From NCBI GenBank assembly GCA_951406725.2, contig OX597825.1:49476001-49540000 (forward strand): a DNA stretch of 64,000 bases, read 5' to 3'. The DNA comes from Octopus vulgaris (taxonomy: Eukaryota). The notes under the pieces are model-generated. The model saw only the letters and a list, made by a program, of their open reading frames with translations. It made no database searches and was not told the origin of the DNA. A program made the translations under genes and the position numbers. Below are positions 12,775 through 26,815 of this stretch, piece after piece. The stretch's first letter is position 1; each line of letters begins with the position of its first letter.

Positions 12775-13105
12775 AAATATATTATATTATATTATATTAA
12801 ATTAGAGATAAAACCACTATTAGGCAAATCAAACAGTGAAAGACATAAGCCAATACATAAAATTAATTTAAAAATGTAAATGTTAAAAATAAATATATAT
12901 AAAATTTATAAGTTTAAATTATTTAAATAATTTTTTATTTTTAACTTTTATATTTTTAAATTAATTTTATGTATTGGCTTATGTCTTTCACTGTTTGATT
13001 TGCCTAATAGTGGTTTTATCTCTAATTTAATATAATATAATATAATATATTATGTCTTTCACTGTTTGATTTGCCTAATAGTGGTTTTATCTCTAATTTA
13101 ATATA
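12775..13105. repeat. AT-rich inverted repeat with a partial tandem re-duplication
   Basis: attaaattagagataaaaccactattaggcaaatcaaacagtgaaagacataagccaatacataaaattaattt (~12795-12870) has its reverse complement at ~12958-13033. About 50 bp of that arm repeats again at 13052-13104. Confidence 0.9.
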
Positions 13106-13116
13106 AATAAAACAAG

Positions 13117-13154
13117 TCTTTTACGTTTCGAGCCTACGCTCTTCAACAGAAAGA
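13117..13154 (-). ncRNA. Minimal hammerhead-like motif with a variant core
   Basis: Minus strand reads tcttt-CTGTTGA-a-gagc-gtag-gctc-GAAAC-GTA-aaaga. Confidence 0.5.
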
Positions 13155-14289
13155 TACACAGAAAAGAAACACAGAGAGAAACAAGGAAAGAAAAAAATGC
13201 GTGCAGAAGCTAGCGATTCAACATGGCGATGTATATATATATATACTGTGTACATTTAGAGGTATCAATCATAGGATACCTGGCACGCTAGAAGGTATAG
13301 TCAAAATCCAAACAGCTATTAGAGATAAATTTCGAAGGGAATGAAAAATAAAAACATTTACCATCTATTTCCTGACTTCAAATTAGCAAATTTATTTGCT
13401 AATTTAAAGTCAGAAACCATGTTAGTAACACTTTCTAAATTTGTTCTTACCCTGATATTATTAATTATATATATATAAATATATATGTATGTACGTATAT
13501 ATGGATTTATGATGCTAGGTAATCTAGCAAGATAATATGGTGCACATTGTTCATAGCCTCGTGTTAAACCACTATAGCTATTAATATATATTTTCAAACA
13601 GAATATATCGATATGTGTGATCAAAGTGAATTTTAACTGAATAGTTTGAACCTCCGGATATTGGTTGAATGTTTCGCGTATAACACGGTATACTCTTAAC
13701 TTTTTGACAAAATTTCATATTTTAGAAGTTATTTCGTGTTAAATTTGTTGTAGTTGTGTAATTTTAACCAATTAATGACATGTATTCAGCTGAAGAAAAT
13801 TACTGCTGTTTGCAAAAATAATCTAAGAGCAACAGTTTCTAGGTCATATGTTGTTAAATTCATTTTTGAACCTCGTATGGTTTATTCGTCTTGTTCATCT
13901 TGGCTGCTGTATTTTTGGATATTTTTGCTTAGTGCCTGTAATTATTTTCACCACTGTTTTATTTTAATTTGGCTTAATGTTCACCAACTTTTGTTTACAT
14001 GCCTGTTGTATTTTATTTTTTTCTATTCGCAGTTATGGCTGCAGCCAAATCATATAGCCTTTGCAATTTACCGTTCTATGATTGAATTCTGTCTCTCCGA
14101 AATTATGAGGCGGAGAGGATACGAAAAGTGCGATCTTTTCGAAAAGTTATTACAATGCATTGCAAGATTTTCAAATCTTCTTTAAATGTATTCGTGTATG
14201 TGTGTTTCTTGATGTATCTCTACATATTTATTTGTTATATCTGCCTGCTTTTTCTTCTATTTCTGTTGCTTATTTCCAATTATTAGTCC

Positions 14290-14560
14290 AGCCCGAATTT
14301 ACTATGCTTCTCTGCCTGCACTTTGTGCTGCTATGAAATCTTACAGTGTATTTCAAAGTGTAATATCCTGCATCAAAATTGAGTTAATCTCTGTTTGTAT
14401 CTTTCAATGTATCCTCTTCTATGTGCTGCACACCTACCCAATTATTATCTCATATGTACCTCTGCCCGAACTGTGTATGTACTGCCATGAAATCTTACAG
14501 TGAATTTCAAAGTGTAATATCCACCATTACAATTGATTTAATCTTTCTCCGTTTGTATTG
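14290..14560 (+). repeat. Diverged local tandem duplication followed by degenerate TTAGGG-like units (14598-14628)
   Basis: atgaaatcttacagtg(t/a)atttcaaagtgtaatatcc occurs at ~14334 and ~14488, followed by gagttaggttagggttagagctatggttta. Confidence 0.7.
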
Positions 14561-16099
14561 TTTCCTTTTGTTTACATCGTGTTCATATCTCGTAATGAGT
14601 TAGGTTAGGGTTAGAGCTATGGTTTAGAATGAAGTGTAAATGGCCACGTATACTGTATGCTAAAGTGGCACTAAAGATTAATTGAAGCAGATTACCTATC
14701 AGAAATTAAGTCATGAAATGGTTAGCAGCGTCAGCACACTTTACTTCACATTTCTATGTTTCTGGGAGTAATAAAATAAAATACTAGATAAGTAAGTACT
14801 GGGTCAATATAGGTGACTAATTGTGTCCTCCTATAAAATTTCTTGCTGTGTGCTTTTGTTAGAAATTCTTGTCAGTACTATTATATAGTGCGACCAAGAG
14901 TAAAAATGGTGTTCAGAGAATATCTGAAGGCTTTCCCAAATTGTTAATGTGAATGTAAATGATGTTTTTTTTTTTTCAACTTCTGTAAATTAACGGCCGA
15001 AGAAAAAGTGATTCCTTTTAGAGGTTACCATTCTGGAGGGAAATGATTGGATAAAATATTTAGTATAAGGTTTGAGCTGTGATACGTTAAAGATGATGAT
15101 GTAGGCTCTGTTTGATAAAGTATAGAGCTTATCAATTCATAGGAATAGCAGCGGGTGTTGTGTTTTTAGTTCTTTTCTGTTTTATTTGAACAATTTGGCT
15201 GGACAAAGGAGCTGCTTGGCTTTTGCATTCCTTCTGAGACGAAAGGCAAAAGCTATGCCTATAGTCTTTCCATGCTAATAAAAACTGGTAAGATTGATAC
15301 AGCTGATCTTGAATAATACCATGTTGAAAGCTACAGAAGAAAAAACATGGGCAAAGGAATTTCATAAGGCTGACAATCTGGTCAGAAAGGATTTAATGCT
15401 TGGTCTACAGGTGAAAAACAACCTACGTGAGCTTCGAACCTCTTGTCGTCAGATGCTGTAACTATTGGGATAATGGCCTACGATACACGGTACCAGTGTG
15501 ATACAATAGCAAGATAATGCAGTAGCAATAAGGACGCAACAATCCAACCAACTCTCACGAATCAACAATAAATATTCCAAATGAATAAACCAACCGACAC
15601 TTTCCAACTTCACTATGAAATAACACCAACTTCTACGAACCATATAATCCCTCGGTTCAGTCCATTCCTCACAAGAGGGTATCGTGACTCTCATCACAAC
15701 ACTAGATTCTAAGAGGTGACTTGCGGTTACTAACTCTGGGTTTGAAGGAGTATCCTGTTCCACCACATATTTCCATTTATTTATTCTTACGGTTCTGTTG
15801 TTGTTGTCGTTGCTCTTGTTACGGCTGGAAACCATCTCTACCTGGCACTGGCATTTATATGAACAAGATAGACAAAGATAATCATCAATTTTTTTTTAAT
15901 TAAAATTATCTTCAATTGTAGAAATATCATAATTACCAAATGGTGATCGATTAGCGTATTCAATATTCAAATATACCAGAACATATTAAGAATGAAGTTC
16001 ACATTTTGACTCTCGCTATTCCTTGTGTACACAATGATGTATCAACATTTGAGAAATACCACCACAGATCAACAAACCGTTTCTGGTGTCTCTGCTATC

Positions 16100-17225
16100 A
16101 TTACACACACTGCAATACTCCTCATTTGTCTACAACCCTTGGTTTACTGAGTATTCTTTGAATTCACATTTACTGTATATAAGGTACTTGCCTCTAGTGC
16201 TGGTACAATGACAGAGAGCACCCACTCTATGTTCCATCGAGAACGAACTGTTTGACATAAATCTGGCTAGCAGGGGGCTGTTCAGACTACAAGTGTGTGT
16301 TGTGGAATAGTTTCTATGATTGAATGACCTCCCTAATGCCAACTACTTAACAGTCGTACTTTTTACGTGCCACTGGCATGGGTGCATTTACACAGTACCA
16401 GCACGGGTACTTTAATGCAGCACTGGTATGGGCACTTTTTAAGTGGCATCAGCAACTGAAAGCACAAACCCCTCTCTAGGGCAATGGAAAAGTGTTATAT
16501 ATATATATATATATATAATTATATATATCAGTCATTGTTATCATTTAATATCCGTATTCCTTGCTGGTATAAGTTGGATGGTTTGATCAGATCTCACAAA
16601 TTGGAGGGTTTCACTGCGTTGTGGTTGATGATAATTATCAGTATAGAGGGAAAGCTATACTGTAATTTTCATGCTGTTAAGGATACCTTCTATTGCCTAC
16701 TATATTACATTTTTAATGGAAATCATACATTAATAATTGTGACATCATTGTGATGAGTTTTAACTTGTTGAGTCTAGAGAAAGGGACAGTGCCTTTGACG
16801 TTTGGAAAATGTCTATGAGTGACTTTATATCGATCAGTTAAATGGCCCTTTCTGGAGTGATAGAAACGTCAACTCTGAACTATGAAGCCATAATTATGAC
16901 ACATGTGAAAATTATGTCATTGTTATAAGAGAAATCTTGCAACTACGATAACAACAATGTTAACAATGACAATGATGACAAGGAAATGATATCAAAGATA
17001 ATGATGATGGTGGTGGTGGTGGCGGCAATGATCACGATGTTGGGGGTGACAATGACCATGACGATGACAAGCTATTTCTGGTCATTCTGCTGCCATTATA
17101 CACTTTGCAATTCTCCCCCTTTGTCTACACACCTTGGTTTACTGAGTATTCTCTGCATTCATATTTACTGTATACAAAGTACACGCCTCTGGTGTTGGTA
17201 CAATGGCAGAGAGCACCCACTCTTA
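16100..17225 (+). repeat. Two diverged ~125-bp direct repeats (16100-16230 and 17094-17223) flanking minus-strand RTE-tail SINE relics (~16305-16600)
   Basis: ccttggtttactgagtattct...catttactgtata...ggtacaatg(a/g)cagagagcacccactct occurs twice. Between the copies are tttacgtgccactggcatgg tandem units and catttaatatccgtattccttgctgg. Confidence 0.7.
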
Positions 17226-17655
17226 ACGTCACTTTTGTTAATTGACTACGTCACAGATATGTTATTAATTATTCGACAATGGAGAATGCTATTATTATCC
17301 CCTCTTTATTTTCAGGAAAACCATAAAACGTAATTGCTAAGAAAAAAAGATATTCATGGAAATGAATAGTTTAGGAAATTTCAAATATATTTGCATGTAA
17401 TCAATTAACTGTGGCATATTTATGATTTCATTTCAAAGAAAGTTAAGTACTTAAGAATTGTCCCTCCAACAACTGTAAGTACTTAATAAATGACCAGTAT
17501 TTACACTCCAGTATTTTCGAATGTGTTTAGAATAGTGGGTATGTAGATTAATTATATAATCCTTTCTACTAAAAGCACAAGGCCTGAAATTTTGAGGAAA
17601 GTGTCAAAGGATGAAACACAAAGCTGATCTCGCCTGAATTTGAAGTTTAATTATA

Positions 17656-18967
17656 CAGGGTGTCCACAAAGTTTCTGTACAATTTCAAAAAATGATTACA
17701 AAGCAATTGATGGTTTATGTTTACCAAATTTGTTTTTTGTACTCTGTGGTTACTAAAGTTTTTAACCACATTGCATTTGTATTTTTCAGGTACTCTGTTG
17801 ATGGAAAAGATTCTGTTAAATGAAACAATGGCTACTCCTGAAGAAAAGGCGCAATGTGTATCGTGGTTTATTGAAACAAAATCGGACATGCAGGCCAAGC
17901 AAAAGTACAGGTTCAAGTATATAAGGCATCTACCATGATATCCGTCAATTTGTGCAAGACACAAGTAATTTATGAAAACAGGAACAGTGTTCGATAAAAG
18001 GAGGAGTGGACGACCAAAATTATCTGAGGAAAACATCGATAGTATAATACAAGCCTTCGCTAGTTCTCCTACAAAGTCCATATGTAATGCTGCCAGACAG
18101 TTATAGCTATCACATTTAACAGTGAGTGCACTAAGTCCTACACAAGAACTTGCGATTATATGAGTACAAAGTGCAACTCTTACATTTGAACCAAATGATA
18201 AACCAAGGCGAAAAGCGTTTGCAATTAACATGCTGGAACAAATTTCTGAGGATGCAGCATTCCTCACCTGAGTTTGATTTAATGACGAGGCAACTTTTCA
18301 TGTTTCGGGGAACTGAACCCACATATTGTGATGATCTAGGAATCAGAACAAGCCCATATAACTAGGGAACTTCACCGAGCTAGTCCAAAGGTTAATGATA
18401 TGCACTTGAATCAGTGGTCCATTTTCTTCACAGAGAGATCAATTTCTGCAAATATTTACCTGGACTTTTTAATTGAGTATGTGGCACTACAACTGGATGA
18501 CCGTCAACTAATCATCATATTCTAGCAGGATAGTGCACCACTACTTTGGGGATTGCATGTTCGTGGATTCCTAAATCAGACATTTCCAGACCGTTGAATT
18601 GGAAGATATGGCCTATGTCCCAGGCTATCTTGTTCCCTAGATATCACTTCTCCTGAACTTTTTTATATGGGGTTATGTTAAAGACATTCTATATCGGACA
18701 AAGATACGGGACATCAGCGATCTGAAGCAAAGGATCACTGATGCCATTGAGACCAATGATAAGGCTGTGCTACAATGAACATGGCAAGAAATTGATTACC
18801 ATCTTGATGTACTTTGTGCAACTAATAGTGCCCATATAGAAATATATTGAATGAGGCAAAAACTTCAGTATCTACTCCTTATTTTGTAATAAGTTTCACA
18901 GATTTATCTATTTATTTGCTTTTGTGAGAAATGTTTCAAATTATAAAGAGACTTTATGGAAACCCTG
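17656..18967 (+). mobile_element. Full-length but dead Tc1/mariner-superfamily DNA transposon (DUF4817-type N-terminus)
   Basis: TIRs CAGGGTGTCCACAAAGTTTCTGTACAATT and rc CAGGGTTTCCATAAAGTCTCTTTATAATT, flanked by TA on both sides. Transposase relics MATPEEKAQCVSWFIETKS, RSGRPK, F*QDSAP, WGYVKDI. Confidence 0.92.
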
Positions 18968-19725
18968 TATAATAACAAGATGAAATAAAGGTTCTGCTCG
19001 GAAAGTATTAACTTGTTTTAGTAACAACAGCGGCATGGAGAGCGTCATGAAAAGCGCATTCTTAGATTTTGAAACCTGGAAAAAGATATGGAATAGTGTT
19101 TCTGTTGCTTAATCATTCACCAGCTATACCATCAACGGTGTTCCAAAAGATTCATGATCAATAGCTTTCAGCTGAAGCCATCTAGTCTGTTTTTATATGA
19201 TACAATAAACGTGTATTGTCAAAAGTATTCTTCACCGTTTAAGAGGATTGAACGTGAATTCAACAGCCATGCATAACATAGCGTGATATTATGTAGAAAT
19301 TCCAAGTTTGGAAAAAAATCTAATACTGTTGGTGCCATAGAATTATACAGAACGGTTTTTGTGTAATATTTAGTTATAGAAGACATCTGTTTAATCTGAT
19401 AAGTGTGGTTTTATACGTGAATCTAAAAATATCTGAAAACTGACTAAATACAACTGCCATACTTATCTTCTATAACAACCCATTTCATAATACTGCAATT
19501 TCTTAATATTCTAAATATAAAATATGTTTCTTCTTTATTTAGAATTTCAAAATATAAGTTTTCAGGATCGTGTGTATTGAAGTATTACATTTTTGAAGTA
19601 ATAAAGCTGAAGTCTAATGAGGTGGAGGATATGATAGAGTTCAATAGTGCGACAGAATAAGCCCAATTGCTATAAAACTAGCAAAAGCTTTAAACGATAT
19701 AATTTAACGGCAAACTGAAAAGATA

Positions 19726-19778
<53 letters not shown>

Positions 19779-19849
19779 AGAGATATGTGTCTGTCTCGTG
19801 TGTGCGCGTGTCTCTTCGCACGTGTCATATCTATCTATCTATCTATCTA

Positions 19850-19890
<41 letters not shown>

Positions 19891-19901
19891 ATCTATTTAT
19901 A

Positions 19902-19940
<39 letters not shown>

Positions 19941-19970
19941 ATACATACACAAATACACATGTACACACAT

Positions 19971-20005
<35 letters not shown>

Positions 20006-20091
20006 GGGAGAGAGAGAGAGAGAGAGAATGAGAGAGAATTGATATAAACAGCAGTGTTTTAGCAAAAAGGAGAATTATAATTGTCTTTAAA

Positions 20092-20342
20092 TGTGACTAG
20101 GGTGTTAGAAACCTCTATATTGCTAGAAATAAGAGCTAAATTCATTACAGTTGTAGTCAATACACAGGAATGTGAATATATACACTAACAGGGAATTTAA
20201 TTGCATTTTGCGGACCATTAAGTTAGTGTATATATTTTCATGCTAGTTTACTACATGTCAACATGTATGTTGACTACATCATTAGACCATATTATCTCTT
20301 ATTTCTAACAATGCTAGAGTTTATAATACCCTAGTTACACAT
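20092..20342. repeat. MITE-like foldback
   Basis: Terminal arms atgtgactagggtgttagaaacctctatattgctagaaataagag / ctcttatttctaacaatgctagagtttataataccctagttacacat, plus inner arms aatatatacactaac / gttagtgtatatatt. Confidence 0.75.
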
Positions 20343-21336
20343 ACGTGCACGCAAACACACAAACACGCCTATATTACAGATAAAAGCGCAATAGTAAAAA
20401 ATGGGTATTTAATCTCTTATGCTATATCTTCGAGGAAGATTTTGTGCAACAGATAAAATTCCGTCTTTCATATTTGGGCAACTGTCTGAAACGTACATAC
20501 GAAATGCGTGCATGATATCATTACAGCTTTAGATTCCATTTCTAAACATCATACGAATCTGCATCCTTTATAAGCTAGCCAGTCGAAAATCCCTTCACAC
20601 GGGTACCATAACTAGGATATGGAGTGGTTTGTCCTATTAGATTCGGGGTTAAAATCATGTTAACGCGTACACACACACACATGGAGTGTGCGTACGTGTG
20701 TATGTGTGGATATACTTCTAATCAAGCTCACATTGAGATAAACTCAAATATAATATTGGAATAGTCAAAATTTTAATTTCTAGTCCGTGCTCAAATTTTA
20801 AATAAATGAACGGAGTGGAAACTGATGGGCTACCTCATAATATTGAACCGAATGTAGAATTAAGATTAACTCTAATCCCCACAATTTACATCTTGCATAA
20901 GAAACGAGTGCAATATTTCCTTATAACAATCTATCTAAAATATTTTCTCTAGAAAATGAATCTCCTTGAGAGAAGTATTTCAGTAAAATCAAGCAACGAG
21001 TTTTCTATTTAATAAAGTTTTGCATACATAGTTTCCTATTAATATGGCATTCTTAAGATTTCCAAAATTATTTCCATACATTTAACTTGTTTGCTTAAGT
21101 TTTTCGGTCAGAGTAACGTGTCATTAACCACTTTCCACTATAGACAAGTGTGAGAAGCTAGGTATATATCTACAATAACCATATTAAGCAGAGAAAATAA
21201 CCAATACATACATACATACATACATACATACATACATACATACATACATACATACATAGATATATGCATGCATGGATGCGTACATACATACAAACATGCA
21301 TACATACATGCATACATACATTCATGCATACATACA

Positions 21337-21370
<34 letters not shown>

Positions 21371-21429
21371 CACACACATATACATACGTACATACGTACG
21401 TGCATTCTAGACTCACTTGTCTTAGACGA

Positions 21430-21705
21430 CCTGATTAGGGTTCAGCAATTTCTTACCGACCAACCTGTACAAATGATTCGTTATTCAGTGATCAAATGTT
21501 TGTGTTGTGCGTTAGGTTATATTCTCTATGAAATCGATATTGCCTGTACAGATGCACGGTGTGAAACACTTCAGATGTTCAAGTAATCGCAGAGCAACGT
21601 GGAATGAGATGATTTGCTAAAGGACACAACTAAACTCAATGAGAGAATCGAAACCATGATCGCATGATCGTGAATGCAACAATCTAAGCACGAGGACTCA
21701 CATCT
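21430..21705 (-). mobile_element. Degenerate tRNA-derived SINE
   Basis: The minus strand has gcttagattgttgcattcacgatcatgcgatcatggtttcgattc...gttgtgtcctttagcaaatc...cacgttgctc, similar to the head of the SINE at 54213. Confidence 0.6.
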
Positions 21706-21866
21706 TCACACATCACGTATACATACATAGAAACATATGTTCACATACAGAGACGCACACACACGTACACGTATGTACATATACATACACATACATACAT
21801 ACATATGTGTGTGTACGTGTGTTTGAGCGTGTGTTTGCGTGCATATAAGTAGATAAATAGATAGTT

Positions 21867-21913
<47 letters not shown>

Positions 21914-22328
21914 TAGAGAGACAGACAGACAGAGATGGACAAACAGACAGACAGATAAGCAGACAGAGAGATTGCTTGATTGCGGGACTGATTTATTTAT
22001 TTAATCATTTTTGATATGCTACTTCATTTGCGAACACCACCAACGAATAGAACGTCATCTGTCCAATAGGAAATCAATTACTATAGATTTGGAGAGGATA
22101 AAACCTTCTCAAATTCAAGAATTAAGCTCAAAGATTGTAATATGCTAATTATTTTGATACACAACATCATTGTAAAACACGCCTATCGCTTAAATTCTTA
22201 TAATTCTAGCGATTAAATCTTTGTCTAAAAGTTATCTATTTAATTGTTGCATAAAAGTGAATTTATTACAAATGTTGACGTTCTATTTAGATTCAAAACA
22301 TTGCTTTTGAGCAGACGGTTGATATATT

Positions 22329-22474
22329 CTTTTCTACTCTATTATAGGGAGAGGGACAGTCGATTAGATCGACCTCAAGACGCAACTGGTAATTAATTTA
22401 TCGACCCCGAAAGGATGAACGGCAAAGTCGACCTCGGCGGAATCTGAACTCAGAACGTAAAAACAGTCGAGAAA
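22329..22474 (-). mobile_element. Truncated SINE with a 14-bp target-site duplication
   Basis: Core tttatcgaccccgaaaggatgaacggcaaagtcgacctcggcggaatctgaactcagaacg, with ACGGTTGATATATT at 22315-22328 and 22475-22488. Confidence 0.85.
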
Positions 22475-22599
22475 ACGGTTGATATATTACGATAGACATA
22501 AATGAGCACGCTCACTATATCCTTAAAATCAAACGTTTGGTTTCTTCACAAATCTTGGGCTGATTTTCCTTAAAGGAAACTACATTTTATTGTTTTAAG

Positions 22600-24150
22600 A
22601 TCACCACAATACCGAATGCTATTATGGGTTATCTGCTGCTTCGAAGTAAATTAATCACAGAACACGTGTTCAAATTGGCGTTGAGGAAGAGCTGAAGGCA
22701 GTTGCATTGACACTGTTTTTGTACTTTGCTGTGTTTAGGTTTAATATTTTACTAATTGCATCACAGTGAGAACATAACTTTAAAAGAAACATTGGAATTG
22801 TTCAATCACTTGTTCCTCCATTAAAGAGAAAACATACGCTGTGCAGAAAAGCAAACTAACTTTAAGCAAATTTTCTTTTTTCTGAGTTCCAAAATGATGT
22901 TCTAAATTTCAAGATTTTCATGTACAAAATAATTGTTTGACAGCAATTCGTTGCAATACATGCTATCGCTTAGTGTTTCGTTCAACATTTGATGTTTAAT
23001 GTAGTGGTCATGAGCTCACGCACGACAAAAATTATTGGATTTGTTCACATTAACACAAAAAATAGAAATGCAAGTACTCTTTTGACCTTATACAGTTCAA
23101 CGGAAATGCGGTTGGCAATATTCAGATAATAATGAGCTCAAAATTTGTAGCGGATAGAGTTTTATTGAGAGGCATTTGTTCGTAATTTTATCGTAATGCT
23201 ACTTATAAGATCAACTGTCAAAGCTTTCACAACGAATTTGCATAAAACAAAACAAAAAAAGAAAAGAAAAACTGGGAAGAAATATTTATAAACTGATAAC
23301 GATAGTCTAAACTTAGTATGGGGTAATGCAAGAAGTCAGGAAACAACAGTTTATATCAGTTTTAGTATAATTAAGTTGATTTATCTTTTCCCTTCGTTAA
23401 CCACCTGAATGGCACAAAGTGGAATAAGAGTTTTAGACTTCCGCTTAGTATTAACCAGTAACACGGTGGAGTAGAAAAGAAGTGACGAAAATATTACATA
23501 TGTACTATTAAGGATATTAGAAAACTTAACGAAGATTTGCAATGTGGCTGAGATAAAATATAAAAATCAACAGTGAAACAGCCACAGATGTTTGTCATTT
23601 GGAAATTAAATTCCTGGAATTTAAATCTGGAAAGAATAAATGTGAAACATATTAATTGATGTCTGAAAGAATACACAAACGGTATAATCGGAAACACTGT
23701 GTCAAAGCAGTTAACGTTGCATTGACTGCGGCACATCAAGTAGAATGTTAATAACTGCTTGATTTCTTCACGTTAAAAAAATGTCAAGCAAATTATTATT
23801 ACTTACTAGAGAGCTGCCAATTCGATATCGATGAATCAGAATTTCAAAGATAAGTTCATGCTATAGAAAGTTGATCAGTTGAAGAATGCAGATAGATCGA
23901 TTTTCCACTTGATTTGCCAACATAGAAATTCATATCTTTAAGATGATTTTCAAAATTCGAGAATTACATTGAAAATTTTGCTAATAAATGAAACTTTTCT
24001 TGCTAGTCCTAAAGGATCCTGTAGCAATCTAATTTTACTTCTAACTTACTCCAGTATCTCGATGATGATTCAAGAAAGGCTTGGCAACTTGGCAATAGCA
24101 AGAACACCAATAGTGAAAAAGTAATTCATGTTTATTCAACAGCGAAAAGG
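22600..24150 (+). mobile_element. Highly degraded hAT (ZMYM1-like) transposase relic
   Basis: MMIQERLGNLAI at ~24062-24098 resembles the hAT dimerisation motif STMxQERLxxLAI. FKDKFML..DQL lies upstream. Boundaries uncertain. Confidence 0.45.
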
Positions 24151-25984
24151 CAGAAGTTCCATATATAACGTAATCCTTAGTAGGAGAATATTAACTGTAC
24201 AAGATCTTGTTAAGTATATGGTTTCAATTAAGAAATGTGGTTCTTTCGAAACTGAAAATGTATTTCTTCAGTCTGTTTCATAATCTAGGTAGGATGCAAA
24301 CATTATTTTCTTATAAAAAGATCTTTTCCACCTGAAGTACATACCATTCATTTTAGTTTACAATATTACACTAGTTGTAATACTTTAGAAAATATAGAAT
24401 TAAGTATGCATGAAAATTGTTTGTAAAACATGTAAATTCAGCACATAAGCTATCCTTTATTACCTTCAGTAGTGATTTTATATTACGATTTTAGTTTTAG
24501 CCAACTCGGGTCGGGTGGAAATAATCTCTTTATTTGGACTATTAAATTGACAATAAGTAAAAAAAAAACCGAAATAGTTTAAGTATTTCGGTGTTAGAAA
24601 AGTCAAATAACGCTGAAAACTCTTGCTGCACCAGTACAATTCAGTAAAATCAAAATATGTTTTAAGTTGTTTAAATGCGTTCACAGATGATCAATAATTG
24701 CTTCATGAACACGGTAAAATAATTTATTCTGAAGGACAACCATTTAACAAGTAAGGTATCAATGTATGCTCAAATTATTAACTAAAAATAATGTAAAACT
24801 ACATTAAACATTTAATTAGGTAAAAGTCAAATTGTATTTTATGTTAAATATCAAGTTTAAAGAATATTCCATTTGTAGATCGAAAAAAATGCAATCAGAT
24901 AAATAAAGGGGAATGTTTAACATTTAATTTATTAGGGAAAATGTTTAACATTTTATTTACTATCAGAGAAAAATCTATTTGATGAGGTTCTACACAAGGA
25001 AAAGCATCAAATATGCAACTAAAGCTGCATTAAATAAATTTATGTTGAAACAAACCGACAGTTTAATGTTTTTAAATATATAGAATGCACCAATTAATTT
25101 ATTAATTATATAGAAATCTATAGAATTCTATGTATAACAATGTTTACTATTTCATATTACTTTGTTTTTATGTGATTTTTATATCACTGTGAACCTTTGA
25201 ATCTGAGTTCTTTTGGAATGCTTTAAAACATTATTCTAAAGTGAACCTTACTTCAAGTAACTATCCGGGCTTAATTATCTAGCAACAATGCCAAGAAGTT
25301 ACATCTACAGTCAATATTAATGAAATATAGTACACGAGATTGCACTTTTATGGACTATACACAAAACAGTTTTCGGTACACACTCCACATCTGTACTTTG
25401 CAAATTGTAAAGTGCACAGTTGTAACCTGTATCTATGATTTTGTACATAATCATTGTATGCTATAACTATCAGTTCAGTGCATATGCATATTCATTGCAT
25501 TTTGACATTTAAGGATAACTTAGAGTTTTGAAAAGAATTAACAATTCATAGAACGAAATAACTACCTGTTCCATAACGCAGTAGAACCAGAGGAAACTAG
25601 CGAAACTTGTCTATGGCAAGCAGTAATCTTCATATACATTACCTGAAGTGAAGTTATCAGTGTGCTAGGGCTTATTTTCTTTCAAGTCTTTGGGAAGACG
25701 GACTTCAGTGTATCTATGTTTACCATCATCAACATGAGATGTAATTTCTTTTCTGACACTATTATATAAAACAAAAGTGCAGTCTTTGAGTATGCATATG
25801 TGGTTGGTGGTACCGATTGAATTTCAGATGAACAGAATATAATGATCATAAAAAAATTTGATTTGTGTTCGGGCTCATTCAAAACGTTTTTAATTCTACA
25901 AAATGAATGTAGAGACTAATAAGTGTATATAAACAAACAAAATGTGAGAAAGTACATTCACATGTCAATACATGCATACATACC

Positions 25985-26815
25985 CACTTTAAAGAGTATG
26001 CATTTGCAATCCAGGAACAGGAAATATCAGTCAAATACCTGATGCACTAAAGGGATAGAGATGCAGGTAAAGCCATAAAATGTGACAACGCGTGCAAGCT
26101 TTGTGGAGTTCACACTGAAGATATCACCCACATTATAAGCAGTTGTCTGAAAATGCCATCACGGTATTATCTACCGATGAGACATGAAGTTGTAGCTAGG
26201 ACACTCTACACTAAAATCCATCAGAGGGATAATCCCGAGGACATAGAAATAAGAACTCATAATATGGTAGAAGCTATAGCCACTCATAATAAAAAAGAAT
26301 ACTGGTAGAATGTACCAGTAAAATGCTTAATAAAATGTAAGCTCAAAAAATCTGATATAATGATTCGGGATACAGAAGAGAAACTGTGCACAGTTGTGGA
26401 AATGAGTTGCCCAGCAGAAGTTAACAGAAAACTGAAGATCAGTGAAAAAGAGAACACCTGTGCTGAACTATTGAGAAATCTGCTGTTACTCTATCCAGAT
26501 TACAGGTTCAGGTTTATACCTGTAATTATTGGAGTCCCAGGATATGTAACGCACTGCCTAAATACAAATCTTGAGAAAATAAGGCTTTTCAAAACCAGAA
26601 AAGAGAAAGCTAACACAGAAATTACTGATCCAATCAGAAGTTAATCATTTAAATATATATGAGTATGTATAGATATGCAACTATATGCATGAGGATACAT
26701 ACATAAAGCAAACAAAAATACCGTTGTTGATGTTGAAATTTCACCGAAGGAGGCTTCGATCTAGGTTACAAAGTGGTTCTTTCTTTATTGGCAAAAACTC
26801 TTGAAAGAAACAGAA
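25985..26815 (+). mobile_element. 5'-truncated RLE-type non-LTR retrotransposon (R4/Dong-like) 3' end
   Basis: FAIQEQEI, the CCHC motif CKLCGVHTEDITHIISSC...RHEVVA, and an RLE region SDIMIRD...VVEMSCP...KISEKEN...FIPVIIG. Ends in a TA microsatellite. Confidence 0.85.

Noticed and set aside
15640-15700. Minus-strand gTGATGAg-agtc...gact-GAAc hammerhead-like fragment
   Set aside because: Core is incomplete, and no stem I or cleavage triplet is identifiable.
25636-25896. Minus-strand exon-like segment with acceptor and donor
   Set aside because: No frame stays open across it and no recognisable protein.
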